64,000 nucleotides of DNA from Nocardioidaceae bacterium (GCA_035699065.1 DASSBE010000194.1:34985-98984), one strand, 5' to 3'; positions 53,275 through 63,222 are shown, counted from the stretch's first letter. Notes: generated by a model from the letters alone, not told the origin. Program-made: numbers and translations.

Positions 53275-53655
53275 TCAGACGTCCTCCAGCTCGTCGAGAG
53301 CATCCACCGAGAGCTGCACGACTCCGTCGCCCGGACCGACGTCGCGCACCGAGGTCCACGGCACGTAGCCGGTGTCACGCTGGATCGCCCGCACCACGAC
53401 CCGGACCAGGAGCGGCCCCTGCTCGCGGCGCCGGTCGTAGCCCAGCATCGTCCCGCGGCGGTGCCGGCCGACCACCAGTCCGTGGGTGACCAGCTCGCTC
53501 AGCGACCCGCGAACCCGGTCGGAGGGAGCAAACCGGACGTCATTGACGTAGCCGGCGTGCTGCCCGTTGGCGAAGCGGACCGGAAGTCCGATCAGCGAGG
53601 ACAATCGGGGGGAGGACGCGTCGGGCCTTCCGCCGTATTCACTCCTGGGGTTCAT
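53275..53655 (-). CDS. PRC-barrel-like protein
   Basis: RLSSLIGLPV..GYVNDVRF..GLVVG and YVPWTSVRDV. Confidence 0.75.
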   Translation of the reverse strand: MNPRSEYGGRPDASSPRLSSLIGLPVRFANGQHAGYVNDVRFAPSDRVRGSLSELVTHGLVVGRHRRGTMLGYDRRREQGPLLVRVVVRAIQRDTGYVPWTSVRDVGPGDGVVQLSVDALDELEDV

Positions 53656-54037
53656 GGAACGCTCCCGGGATCTTCTCGATGACTCGCTCGCGGACCCATG
53701 TCTCGAAGCCGGCGACCGACAACCGTTCCCGGCGCACCGACAGCGTGATGGCGCTGCCGATGTCGGCGACCTCGGACATGTCGATCCGGCCGGGTTCGGT
53801 GCGGTCCTTGTGCGCCAGCCGTTCCCAGACCGCCGTCATCGTCCGCCCTGTCACCCCACCCATCCGGGGCCCGAGGACGCCGGGTCCTACGAGCAGCGCG
53901 GTCACGGCGAAGGTCCCGTCCGCCCGCCGCTGGATCTCCACGTCGTCGACCGAGGCCACCATCCGCCCGTCGACGTCGAGGATCTGCCGGTCGAGCAGGT
54001 GGAGCCGCGCGTCGAGCCTCCTGCCTGGGTTCGTCAT
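53639..54037 (-). CDS. PRC-barrel-like protein
   Basis: LHLLDRQILDVDGRMVASVDDVE..VTALLVG and VIEKIPGA. The start at 54037 is coupled (TGATG) to the NRAMP stop. Confidence 0.75.
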   Translation of the reverse strand: MTNPGRRLDARLHLLDRQILDVDGRMVASVDDVEIQRRADGTFAVTALLVGPGVLGPRMGGVTGRTMTAVWERLAHKDRTEPGRIDMSEVADIGSAITLSVRRERLSVAGFETWVRERVIEKIPGAFHEPQE

Positions 54038-55266
54038 CACTGCCCCATCTTCGTCCAGATCATCAGCGGCAGCGCCGCGATCGATGCCACCAGCACCACG
54101 ACGAGGTACACGCTGCCGAGGAAGTTCGCGAGCCGGCCGTTGGTGTGTTCTCCCATGTAGTCGGGGTCGTTGGCGACCACGAGGATCGGGAAGTAGGTCA
54201 ACGGAAGCGCCACCGCGGAGAAGACCACCGAGAACTCGGTGACCAGGACCGGGTCGATGGTGGTCAGCAGCACGGCGACCGCCAGCACGGTCGAGATCAG
54301 GATGACGACATGGAAGCGCGAGGCTTCCCTCGGCCGGACGTACTTGCCCCACTGCCAGCCGAAGTACTGCGCGATGCTGTACCCCAGGGACAGGCCGGTC
54401 TCGCATGCGGCGCCGAACGTCGCGGCGAAGAAGCCCAGGAGCGCGATCGCCAGCCCGATCTTGCCCAATGCCAGCGCGACGGGGAGCCCCACCTGGCCCA
54501 GGGTGTCGACGCTGATCCCGGCCGGCAGCAGGGTGACCGCCGCGCAGCCGGCGATCGACAGCGACAGCAAACCACCCAGCGGGAACCCGATGAAGACGTT
54601 GCTGCGCATGGTGGCGATGCTCCTGCTGCTCCAGTGCTCCTCGACTCCTCCGGAGGAGAAGAAGAACACCTCGTACGGCGTCATCGCGGCGCCGAACAGG
54701 GCGACGCCGTAGTAGGCGTAGGTCGACCAGTCCTCCGAACCCGGCTTGGCGACCGTGCCGGCCTGGTGCCACAGGTCGCCCCAGTCGGGCCCGAGCTGCC
54801 ACAGGGCCACGGCGAAGACGACCAGGGCAAGGCCGAGCAGGCCGAAGACGTTCTCCATCAGGCTGAACTTCGCGCGCCACAGCACCAGCCAGACCGCGAG
54901 CGCGGTGAACGGCACCCACAGGAACTCGTAGACGCTCGTGGCCAGCGCCAGCGCCAGCGCGATGCCGCCGATCTCGGCCACGAAGGTCAGCAGGGTCACC
55001 GTCATCGAGGCGAGGAGGTTCGCCAGCCCCAGGCGTGGCCCGAGGCGCTCGCGGATCAGGTCGAAGGTCGCCCGTCCGCTGACGGCGGCGACCCGGCCGG
55101 ACATCTCCGCGAACACGCAGATGCCGAGCACCCCGACGACCACGACCCAGGCGAGGGACATGCCGAACCGGGAGCCGACCTGGGCGTTGGTGACCAGGTC
55201 GCCGATGTCGACGAAACCGCCGATCGCGGTGAGGATCCCGAGCGCGACCGCGAAGAGCTTCTTCAC
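54037..55266 (-). CDS. Divergent NRAMP-family divalent cation transporter
   Basis: About 11 TM segments; GGFVDIGDLV..GSRFG, EMSGRVAAVSG..IRERLG, FGAAMTPYE and MGEHTN. Confidence 0.85.
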   Translation of the reverse strand: MKKLFAVALGILTAIGGFVDIGDLVTNAQVGSRFGMSLAWVVVVGVLGICVFAEMSGRVAAVSGRATFDLIRERLGPRLGLANLLASMTVTLLTFVAEIGGIALALALATSVYEFLWVPFTALAVWLVLWRAKFSLMENVFGLLGLALVVFAVALWQLGPDWGDLWHQAGTVAKPGSEDWSTYAYYGVALFGAAMTPYEVFFFSSGGVEEHWSSRSIATMRSNVFIGFPLGGLLSLSIAGCAAVTLLPAGISVDTLGQVGLPVALALGKIGLAIALLGFFAATFGAACETGLSLGYSIAQYFGWQWGKYVRPREASRFHVVILISTVLAVAVLLTTIDPVLVTEFSVVFSAVALPLTYFPILVVANDPDYMGEHTNGRLANFLGSVYLVVVLVASIAALPLMIWTKMGQ

Positions 55267-55715
55267 GAGAGCTCCTTCTCGAACCGCTCGAGCTTGGTGC
55301 TGAGGCTGTCGAGGTCCTTGATCAGGCCCGGGAAGTCCGCGCGGTCGTCGCGGTACAGCGCGATCCGGGTCTGCGTGACCAGGTCGCTCGCGTCACCGAG
55401 CAGAGTGCTGGCTTTCGTGAACCGCGGGTCAAGCTGCTGGGGAGGGTAGAGCTCGAGATAGGCACCGACCACGGTGCCCAGAGTCTCGTCGGAGGCACGG
55501 ACGGTCACGAGCGCGTACGGGCCCAGGATCTTGTTCTTGCGCGTCGCCTCGAGCACCTTCTGTGCGGTGGCGACATGGCTGATCGCATCGGTGACGGCGA
55601 GCTTGGTGCGTGCGCGGTAGGCGTCGGGCGCGGGAGTTGCCGTGGTGCAGCCGGAGGCGACGAGCACGATGAGTACGGCGGCCGCCCACGACCGCCACCG
55701 TGACAGGCCGATCAC
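55263..55715 (-). CDS. Putative lipoprotein
   Basis: Lipobox VASGC and a helical body; GTGA overlaps at both ends. Confidence 0.75.
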   Translation of the reverse strand: MIGLSRWRSWAAAVLIVLVASGCTTATPAPDAYRARTKLAVTDAISHVATAQKVLEATRKNKILGPYALVTVRASDETLGTVVGAYLELYPPQQLDPRFTKASTLLGDASDLVTQTRIALYRDDRADFPGLIKDLDSLSTKLERFEKELS

Positions 55716-55804
55716 CTGTGGCTCCGCAGCAGCAGCCAGCCCAGGACGACGAGCTCGACGCCGAACACGACCCAGCCGAGGGTGATCGCCATCGCGAGCG
55801 TCAT
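55712..55804 (-). CDS. 30-aa membrane peptide, absent from the ORF track
   Basis: MTLAMAITLGWVVFGVELVVLGWLLLRSHR; SD GGAAGGA; its stop overlaps the lipoprotein GTG (GTGA); GC3-rich codons. Confidence 0.7.
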   Translation of the reverse strand: MTLAMAITLGWVVFGVELVVLGWLLLRSHR

Positions 55805-55839
55805 CGTCGTCCTTCCGGTGTCGGGGTGCAGGCCACCAG

Positions 55840-55865
55840 ATACCCGGAGGTTGGCACTTGCAAAC
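55840..55865 (-). promoter_or_regulatory. SigF/SigB-type promoter
   Basis: GTTT, N16, GGGTAT on the minus strand, matching the actinobacterial SigF/SigB consensus. Confidence 0.75.
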
Positions 55866-55868
55866 TCC

Positions 55869-56342
55869 TCAGCGACGCCGCGCGACGAGCGGGACGCCTG
55901 CCCACAGGACGACGAAGAACAACAACGAGATCGTGCCCGCCACGTGCGCCAGTGCCCGGTTCGTGACCAGGTCGAAGACCAGCCAGACCACGCCGGAGGT
56001 GGTCACCGCGAGAGACAGCAGACCGGCCCGGGCCGCCCGGTTTGCGGCCTCGACGATCCAGGGCCGCTCACCGCGGCGGAACAGCGCCCGGTGGAACGCG
56101 ACAGGGCCGATGATCAGCCCGGTGGCGATCACCGAGCCGCACAGCACGCCGAGGTAGGCGTAGCGCTGGAGGTCGTCGAGGTCCCGGAATCGTGAGGTGA
56201 ACGGCAACGTCAGCAGGAACCCGGTCAGGATCTGCACGCCGGTCTGGGTGACCCGCAGCTCCTGGAGCAGCTCGTTGAGGTTGCGGGTGAGCTTCTCCTC
56301 CTCGGTCTCATGGTTCCCGGTGGAGGGCTGTTCGCTGGGCAT
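55869..56342 (-). CDS. DUF6328-like membrane protein
   Basis: RNLNELLQELRVTQTGVQILTGFLLTLPF and PVAFHRALF; SD GAGGAG before the ATG at 56342. Confidence 0.82.
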   Translation of the reverse strand: MPSEQPSTGNHETEEEKLTRNLNELLQELRVTQTGVQILTGFLLTLPFTSRFRDLDDLQRYAYLGVLCGSVIATGLIIGPVAFHRALFRRGERPWIVEAANRAARAGLLSLAVTTSGVVWLVFDLVTNRALAHVAGTISLLFFVVLWAGVPLVARRR

Positions 56343-56416
56343 GGCGGCTCCTCGAAAGGTCTTGCCTAGAGGTTGCCAGACCCGGACGCTGCGCGTCCGT
56401 GGCGACGCGCCTTGTC

Positions 56417-56441
56417 GATTGGGATCCCGAGCAGCGGGTAG
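56417..56441 (+). promoter_or_regulatory. SigF/SigB-type promoter
   Basis: GATT, N15, GGGTAG upstream of the gene at 56472. Confidence 0.5.
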
Positions 56442-56471
56442 GAGTGTGCGTGACCCGAATGGAGGGAGTCG

Positions 56472-56768
56472 ATGATGAAGAAGCTGATGGTGCTCGGCGC
56501 CGGCGCGGTCGGGTACGTCCTGGGTACACGGGCCGGTCGCGAGCGTTACGAACAGATCGCACGGCAGGCGCAGAAGCTGCGTAACAACCCGGCCGTGCAG
56601 CAGAAGGTGGCCGAGGCCAAGCACACCGCCAAGGACGCAGCGAGCGCGGCGACGGACAAGGTGCGTGGCCACGAGCACAGTGGCCCCGGCGGCGTGTCGA
56701 CCGGCTACTCGGCGCCGCCGACGAGCGGCGCGACGGACGGCCTCGGCCGGGGCGACGACGGGGTCTGA
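56472..56768 (+). CDS. Small membrane-anchored general-stress-type (YtxH-like) protein
   Basis: GAVGYVLGTRAGRERYEQI; SD GGAGGGAG. Confidence 0.8.
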   Translation: MMKKLMVLGAGAVGYVLGTRAGRERYEQIARQAQKLRNNPAVQQKVAEAKHTAKDAASAATDKVRGHEHSGPGGVSTGYSAPPTSGATDGLGRGDDGV

Positions 56769-56825
56769 AGGACCCGTCACGCCGCGGCTGGGGGAGTGCG
56801 GTGGGAGTCGCGTAACCTTCCTGTC

Positions 56826-57941
56826 GTGGCAGGCCCTGACTTCGAGACCCAGATCAAGCACCTTCAAGCGACGATGCATACCATCGAGCAGGTGCTCGAC
56901 CTCGGCGCGATGCGTGCCGAGATCGCCGACCTCGGGAAACAGGTCGCCGTGCCGGACCTGTGGGACGACCAGGCCAATGCTCAGCGGGTGACCGGTCGGC
57001 TCTCGGCACTGCAGGGCGAGCTCGACCGGTTCACCGCCCTCCAGGACCGGATCGACGATCTCGGTGTGCTCCTGGAGCTGGCGCGCGAGGAGAGCGACGC
57101 CGACTCGCTGGCCGAAGCCGAGGGGGAGCTGCGCAAGGTCACCAAGTCCGTCGAGCAGCTCGAGGTCCGCACGCTGCTGTCGGGTGAGTACGACGTGCGC
57201 GAGGCCCTGGTCACGATCCGTTCCGGGGCCGGCGGGGTCGACGCCGCCGACTTCGCGGAGATGCTGATGCGGATGTACACCCGCTGGGCCGAGCGCAACC
57301 ACTACCCGGTGGAGGTCTTCGACACGTCCTACGCCGAGGAAGCCGGCCTGAAGTCGGCCACGTTCGCGATCCACGCACCGTACGGCTACGGCACGCTCTC
57401 CGTCGAGGCCGGCACCCACCGGCTGGTCCGGATCAGCCCGTTCGACAACCAGGGACGGCGGCAGACGTCGTTCGCTGCGGTCGAGGTCGTCCCGGTCCTC
57501 GAGCAGACCGACGAGATCGACATCCCCGAGGAGGAGATCCGCGTCGACGTCTACCGTTCCTCCGGACCAGGCGGCCAGTCGGTCAACACCACCGACTCCG
57601 CCGTACGGCTCACGCACATCCCGACCGGCACCGTGGTGAGCTGCCAGAACGAGAAGAGCCAGCTGCAGAACAAGGCGAGCGCCATGGTGATCCTCAAGGC
57701 CAAGCTGCTCGCGTTGAAGAAGGCGGAGGAGCGGGCGCACCTCGACGAGCTCCGTGGCGACGTACAGGGTTCGTGGGGTGACCAGATGCGCAACTACGTG
57801 CTGCACCCCTACCAGCTGGTCAAGGACCTGCGCACCGAGTTCGAGACGGGGAACCCGCAGGCGGTGTTCGACGGGGACATCGACGGGTTCCTCGAGGCGG
57901 GTATCCGTTGGCGGCGCGGGGCCGACCGGGCCGCGAGCTGA
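56826..57941 (+). CDS. prfB: Peptide chain release factor 2
   Basis: SPF and GGQ motifs; single frame with no programmed frameshift. TAACCT lies 7 nt before the GTG. Confidence 0.97.
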   Translation: MAGPDFETQIKHLQATMHTIEQVLDLGAMRAEIADLGKQVAVPDLWDDQANAQRVTGRLSALQGELDRFTALQDRIDDLGVLLELAREESDADSLAEAEGELRKVTKSVEQLEVRTLLSGEYDVREALVTIRSGAGGVDAADFAEMLMRMYTRWAERNHYPVEVFDTSYAEEAGLKSATFAIHAPYGYGTLSVEAGTHRLVRISPFDNQGRRQTSFAAVEVVPVLEQTDEIDIPEEEIRVDVYRSSGPGGQSVNTTDSAVRLTHIPTGTVVSCQNEKSQLQNKASAMVILKAKLLALKKAEERAHLDELRGDVQGSWGDQMRNYVLHPYQLVKDLRTEFETGNPQAVFDGDIDGFLEAGIRWRRGADRAAS

Positions 57942-58103
57942 GGCCGCAGCCCGGTACGCCGGAGCCGTTGCGAAACACCGACCCGGGCGCCTTGTTAGGG
58001 ACGCTCAGGTTCGTCACCTAGACTCCACTTTGGTCGGATGCTGGCCCGCCGCTCGGCTCGCCTGCGCAAGTCCCTGTCCCCAAGACCGGCCAAACCCACG
58101 CCT

Positions 58104-58793
58104 GTGATTCGGTTCGAGAGTGTTACCAAGTCGTATTCCGGCCAGAGCCGGGCTGCGCTCGACGACGTGACCGTCGAGGTCGAGAAGGGCGAGTTCGTCT
58201 TCCTCGTGGGGGCCTCGGGGTCCGGCAAGTCGACCTTCCTCCGGCTGGTGCTCCGCGAGGCCCGCGCCACCCACGGCAAGGTGTACGTCGCCGGCAAGGA
58301 GATCAACCGCCTGGCGGGCTGGAAGGTCCCCGGTCTGCGTCGCCAGATCGGCACGGTGTTCCAGGACTTCCGGCTGCTCCCGAACAAGACGGTCTCCGAG
58401 AACGTCGCGTTCGCGCTGCAGGTGATCGGCAAACCGCGCACGCACATCAACAAGGTGGTTCCCGAGACACTGGAGCTCGTCGGCCTGGAGGGCAAGGGCG
58501 GCCGGATGCCCGACGAGCTGTCCGGTGGTGAGCAGCAGCGCGTCGCCATCGCCCGCGCGTTCGTCAACCGCCCGATGATCCTCATCGCCGACGAGCCGAC
58601 CGGGAACCTGGACCCCAACACCTCGGTGGGCATCATGAAGCTGCTGGACCGGATCAACCGCACCGGCACCACGGTGCTGATGGCGACTCACGACGCGGGC
58701 ATCGTGGACCAGATGCGCAAGCGCGTCATCGAACTGTCCGACGGACACATCGTGCGCGACCAGTCGCGCGGTGTCTACGGCTACCAGCACTGA
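58104..58793 (+). CDS. ftsE: Cell division ATP-binding protein FtsE
   Basis: [26 protein letters not shown] and ADEPTGNLD. Confidence 0.96.
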   Translation: MIRFESVTKSYSGQSRAALDDVTVEVEKGEFVFLVGASGSGKSTFLRLVLREARATHGKVYVAGKEINRLAGWKVPGLRRQIGTVFQDFRLLPNKTVSENVAFALQVIGKPRTHINKVVPETLELVGLEGKGGRMPDELSGGEQQRVAIARAFVNRPMILIADEPTGNLDPNTSVGIMKLLDRINRTGTTVLMATHDAGIVDQMRKRVIELSDGHIVRDQSRGVYGYQH

Positions 58794-58818
58794 CCAACGA
58801 CTCGAGGAACTCGCTCAG

Positions 58819-59739
58819 ATGCAGCTCACCTATGTATTCTCCGAGCTCGGCAACGGCCTGAAGCGCAATGTGTCGATGACGATCGCGGTCATCGTGACGA
58901 TCTTCGTCTCGCTCACGCTGGTCGGGATGGGACTCCTCCTCAACGCGCAGGCCGACAAGGCCGAGGAGTACTGGGGCAGCAAGCTCCAGATCACGGTGTT
59001 CCTGTGCAACCAGAACTCCACCACGGCGAACTGCGTCAACGGTGAGGTGACCAAGCCCCAGAAGAACCAGATCGAGGACATCCTCAACAAGCACCCCGAG
59101 GTCGCGTCGTGGCGCCTGCAGTCCAAGCAGGAGGCCTACGACAAGTGGAAGAGCGCCTACGTCTCCAACGACGACACCGAGCGGCGCGTGTACGAGTCGA
59201 TCAAGCCCTCCGACATGCAGGAGTCGTACTGGGTCCAGCTCAAGGACCCCGAGAAGTTCATGGGGATCAAGAGCCAGGTGCAGGGTCTGGCCGGCGTGAA
59301 CACCGTCCGTGACCTGCGCGAGGTGCTCAAGCCGATCTACTTCTGGATGAACGTGATGAAGTGGGGCGCGATCGGCGTCGCCGGCTTCCTGGTGTTCGCT
59401 GCGGTGCTCCAGGTCGGGAACACGATCCGGCTCGCGGCGTTCGCCCGACGGCGGGAGATCGGCATCATGCGCCTGGTCGGCGCCTCCAGCCTCTACATCC
59501 AGCTGCCTTTCCTGATGGAGTCGCTGGTCGCGGCGGTGATCGGCGTGGCGTTGGCCGGTACGGCGATCCTCGCCTTCATGTACTTCGTGATCTACCAGAT
59601 GCTCCGGCCGACCTCGAACATCGTGGCCTGGATCGACTGGGGTGACGGTGCCTGGGCGGTGGGCTGGATCGCCCTGATCGGGTTGCTGCTCACCTTGGTG
59701 CCCACTCTGGTAATGACGCGAAAGTACCTAAAAGTGTGA
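58819..59739 (+). CDS. ftsX: Cell division permease FtsX
   Basis: GLKRN.SMTIA and NTIRLAAFARRREIGIMRLVGAS..IQLPF. Confidence 0.95.
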   Translation: MQLTYVFSELGNGLKRNVSMTIAVIVTIFVSLTLVGMGLLLNAQADKAEEYWGSKLQITVFLCNQNSTTANCVNGEVTKPQKNQIEDILNKHPEVASWRLQSKQEAYDKWKSAYVSNDDTERRVYESIKPSDMQESYWVQLKDPEKFMGIKSQVQGLAGVNTVRDLREVLKPIYFWMNVMKWGAIGVAGFLVFAAVLQVGNTIRLAAFARRREIGIMRLVGASSLYIQLPFLMESLVAAVIGVALAGTAILAFMYFVIYQMLRPTSNIVAWIDWGDGAWAVGWIALIGLLLTLVPTLVMTRKYLKV

Positions 59740-59796
59740 GTTAAAGCGGTTACCGTCGAAGCTGATCTCGCAACACACGACAGCTAAGGCAGACCG

Positions 59797-61095
59797 GTGG
59801 TTGGCTTCTTCCCCCGTACTACCCGTCGCCGCGTGGCAGCCGCCTTGGCTGTGGCCGGCATGGTGCTCAGTCTCGCGCCCGGCGCGTCGGCGGACGACCT
59901 CCACGACCGCAAGCACAAGGTCAGCGGGCAGATCAACGACACCCTGAGCGACCTGGACCAGTCGAGCGCCCAGCTGATGGCGGCGGACGACGCGTTGCAG
60001 TCAGCGCGCTCCCAGCTCGCTGCGGCCGAGACCCATCTCGCCACGACTCAGGGCGAGCTGGCGGCCGCCAAGGTGCTCGACGTGCAGATGCAGCGCCAGC
60101 TCGAGGCCGCGGTCCGTCAGCTGACGGAGGCACGGGCCGAGCTGGCCTCCGGGCAGGCGCAGGTGGCGGTGCAGGAGCGGCTGCTCGGGCAGATCGCGGT
60201 GCAGAACTACCAGACCGGCGACCCGAGCCTGCTGGGGCTGTCGATGGTGCTCACCTCCCAGGACCCGGCCGAGCTGACCGGTCAGCTGAACTCGGTGCAG
60301 AACGTGCTCGATAAGGAGGCGGTCGCACTCGACCGGCTCGAGGCCACCAAGGTCCTGCTCACCGTGCAGGAGGAGGAGGTCGAGGAGGCCAAGGAACGCG
60401 TCGCCGTTCGGCGTGAGGCCGCCGCGGCCAACCTGCGCAGGAAGCGCTCGCTCGCCGAGGAGGCCCAGGCCGCCGAGGAGCGGGTCGCCGACCTGGTCCG
60501 GCTGCGGGCCGATGCCCAGGCCGCCGCCGTCCAGGCGCGGGAGGCGGACCTGGAACGACTGCGCGGACTGCAGCAGGAACGCGACCGGATCGCGGAGATG
60601 CTGCGTCAGCTGGCGGAGGAGGCACGCCAGCGCGCGTTGGCCGCGGCAGCAGCGGCGAGTGCCGCTGCGATGGCCTCGGACGGGGGTAGTCGACACTCCA
60701 ACGGGTTCCTGGACTTCCCGGTCGACGGATCCATCACGTCCTCCTACGGCATGCGCTTCCACCCCGTCTACCACCGGTGGGCCCTGCACGACGGCACCGA
60801 CTTCGGTGTCGCGTGCGGCACCCCGATCCACGCTGCCGCCAGTGGCACGGTGATCGCGACGTACTTCAACACCGGTTACGGCAACCGGGTGATCATGGAC
60901 AACGGCTACCACCGCGGCGTGGGGCTGGGCACGGCGTACAACCACCTCAGTGCTTACTCGACCTCGGTCGGCGAGAAGGTGAAGCGCGGCGACGTGATCG
61001 GCTACGTGGGCAGCACCGGATTCTCGACCGGATGCCATCTGCACTTCATGGTGTTCGAGAACGGCGTGGCCGTGAACCCGATGCAGTGGCTCTAG
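59797..61095 (+). CDS. Secreted coiled-coil plus M23 peptidoglycan endopeptidase
   Basis: Signal peptide, long coiled coil, HDGTD, YNHL and STGCHLHF. Confidence 0.9.
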   Translation: MVGFFPRTTRRRVAAALAVAGMVLSLAPGASADDLHDRKHKVSGQINDTLSDLDQSSAQLMAADDALQSARSQLAAAETHLATTQGELAAAKVLDVQMQRQLEAAVRQLTEARAELASGQAQVAVQERLLGQIAVQNYQTGDPSLLGLSMVLTSQDPAELTGQLNSVQNVLDKEAVALDRLEATKVLLTVQEEEVEEAKERVAVRREAAAANLRRKRSLAEEAQAAEERVADLVRLRADAQAAAVQAREADLERLRGLQQERDRIAEMLRQLAEEARQRALAAAAAASAAAMASDGGSRHSNGFLDFPVDGSITSSYGMRFHPVYHRWALHDGTDFGVACGTPIHAAASGTVIATYFNTGYGNRVIMDNGYHRGVGLGTAYNHLSAYSTSVGEKVKRGDVIGYVGSTGFSTGCHLHFMVFENGVAVNPMQWL

Positions 61096-61131
61096 AAAAC
61101 CTCGTTGCCCGCACCTGACACAATCGTCGCC

Positions 61132-61608
61132 ATGGTCAAGGAGCAGGGGCGCAAGCTCGTCGCGCAGAACAGGAAGGCGCGGCACGACTACCACATCGAG
61201 GACACCTACGAGGCCGGTCTGGTGCTCACCGGCACCGAGGTGAAGTCGCTGCGGCAGGGCAGGGCGTCGCTCGTGGACGGGTTCGCCGAGGTGCACGAGC
61301 ACGAGGTCTGGCTCCATGGCGTGCACATTCCGGAGTACACCCAGGGCACCTGGACCAACCACTCGTCGCGCCGCAAGCGCAAGCTCCTGCTGAACCGCCA
61401 GGAGATCGACCGGATCGAGACGCGCGTCAACGAGCGCGGACTGACGGTCGTGCCGCTGTCGCTCTACTTCAAGGATGGCCGGGCCAAGGTCGAGATCGCG
61501 CTCGCGAAGGGCAAGAAGACCTGGGACAAGCGCCAGGCCCTGGCCGAGCGGCAGGCAGACCGGGAGAAGCAGCAGGCGCTCGGTCGCCGGCTCAAGGGCA
61601 TGGAGTGA
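61132..61608 (+). CDS. smpB: SsrA-binding protein
   Basis: [28 protein letters not shown] and KGKKTWDKR. Confidence 0.98.
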   Translation: MVKEQGRKLVAQNRKARHDYHIEDTYEAGLVLTGTEVKSLRQGRASLVDGFAEVHEHEVWLHGVHIPEYTQGTWTNHSSRRKRKLLLNRQEIDRIETRVNERGLTVVPLSLYFKDGRAKVEIALAKGKKTWDKRQALAERQADREKQQALGRRLKGME

Positions 61609-62477
61609 GCCTGGACGACCCCGCGGTGCCACGGTGGGCGTCAGCGCTCGGCATCCCCGGCTTGTACGACGTGCACGTGCACTTCATGCCCGCCCCGGTG
61701 ATGGACCGGGTCTGGGAGCACTTCGACTCGGCGGGGCCCCTGATCGGGCGGCCGTGGCCGATCACCTACCGCGGCTCGGACATGGAGCGGGTGCAGCAGC
61801 TGCGGGCGCTCGGCGTACGACGGTTCTCGGCCCTGCCCTACGCGCACCGCCCGGGGGTCGCGGAGTACCTCAACGACTGGGCCGCGACTTTCTCCGACGA
61901 CGTGCCCGAATGCCTGCGCTCGGCGACGTTCTTCCCCGAGCCCGAGGCGGCGTCCTACGTGGCGGCGCGGATCGCGCAGGGCACGGAGATCTTCAAGGTG
62001 CACGTGCAGGTCGGCGACTTCGACCTGCGCGACCCGCTCCTCGACGAGGTGTGGGGGATGCTCGCGGACGCCGGCACACCGGTCGTGGTGCACGCCGGCT
62101 CGGGCCCGGTCCCGAACAGGCACACCGGCCCCGGCCCGATGCGCGACGTGCTGCGCCGGCACCCACGGCTCACCGCGGTGGTCGCGCACATGGGTGCGCC
62201 GGAGTACACCGAGTTCCTCGAGATGGCCGAGGTCTTCGAGCGGGTCCATCTCGACACCACCATGGCCTTCACCGACTTCTTCGAGGAGATGGCGGCCTTC
62301 CCGGCCGACCTCCGCCCGCGGCTGGTGTCCCTCGCCGACAAGATCGTTCTCGGCTCGGACTTCCCGAACCTCCCGTACCCTTACGCGCACCAGGTCGAGT
62401 CGCTCGAGCGGCTGGGGCTGGGTGCGGAGTGGCTGCGCAAGGTCTGCTGGGACAACGCGCACGCGCTGATCGGCTGA
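61605..62477 (+). CDS. Amidohydrolase (Amidohydro_2) family protein
   Basis: DVHVH, KVH, VVHAG, VAHMG and GSDFP; GTGA overlap with smpB. Confidence 0.88.
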   Translation: MSLDDPAVPRWASALGIPGLYDVHVHFMPAPVMDRVWEHFDSAGPLIGRPWPITYRGSDMERVQQLRALGVRRFSALPYAHRPGVAEYLNDWAATFSDDVPECLRSATFFPEPEAASYVAARIAQGTEIFKVHVQVGDFDLRDPLLDEVWGMLADAGTPVVVHAGSGPVPNRHTGPGPMRDVLRRHPRLTAVVAHMGAPEYTEFLEMAEVFERVHLDTTMAFTDFFEEMAAFPADLRPRLVSLADKIVLGSDFPNLPYPYAHQVESLERLGLGAEWLRKVCWDNAHALIG

Positions 62478-62545
62478 CGTGGAATAACGGCTGACGCCGT
62501 TCGGTTGTGGCGAGTACAGTGGCGACACTGTTTGAAAACTCAAGA

Positions 62546-62913
62546 GGGGCTGATCGGTTTCGACTTGGGACGTTAGTTCCAGAGGAAGCGGGTCGAGGAT
62601 CCAAGGTCATCTCGTTAACGATCCTTGGAAACAAATAACTGCCGATTCCAAGCGCAGTTCGTTCGCTCTCGCCGCCTGACGGCGACTAGCGACGGGTCAG
62701 ACTGAGGGCGCCTCCGCCTCAGATCCTGGCCTCATCTAGGAGGCTTGCTGGTGAGTCCTGGCCACAGGGGCTCACCGGGACAATTTTGTGGCTGAGTCTG
62801 TCGGCGACGTGTCTGTGCGAGCGCCGGGACTGAGAAAACGACCACCACGGACTGCACCCGGAGAAGCTCTGGATCGACGCCGAAGGACGCGGGTTCGATT
62901 CCCGCCAGCTCCA
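62546..62913 (+). ncRNA. ssrA: tmRNA
   Basis: 5' GGGGCTGATCGGTTTCGAC and 3' GCGGGTTCGATTCCCGCCAGCTCCA. Tag ORF 62641-62679 reads ADSKRSSFALAA*. The terminal CCA is not fully encoded. Confidence 0.97.
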
Positions 62914-62936
62914 CTCTCTGATGTCTCAGGACATCG

Positions 62937-62981
62937 CGGACGGCCGAACCCATTAGATGTGGGTTCGGCCGTCCGTTCTTT
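62937..62981 (+). terminator. Strong intrinsic terminator after tmRNA
   Basis: 16-bp perfect stem CGGACGGCCGAACCCA / TGGGTTCGGCCGTCCG followed by TTCTTT. Confidence 0.8.
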
Positions 62982-63222
62982 GTCCGGACTCCTGCTCCGT
63001 TGCGGGGTGTGCTGCCGGCATCAGACGCCGGAAAACCACCCGCGAAACAGCGTTCTGGGGTCGGTATGCGGCGGTGTGATGGACGCCTCAGGCCGGGATC
63101 AACGGAGCGGCGATGACGGACCTGCGCGCGCCGTAGCATGGGACTCGGACCAGGTCACGTGTCCCGGCAGACAAAGCAAGACGGCGGACCGAAGTCACAC
63201 TCCCTACCCGCCTCTTTCGTGA

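Noticed and set aside
56826-56920. Programmed +1 frameshift in prfB
   Set aside because: The ORF is continuous with no CTT-TGA site, which is normal for actinobacteria.
63075-63090. CRP-like site TGTGA-N6-CCTCA upstream of the PQ-loop gene
   Set aside because: The second half-site has two mismatches and there is no other support.
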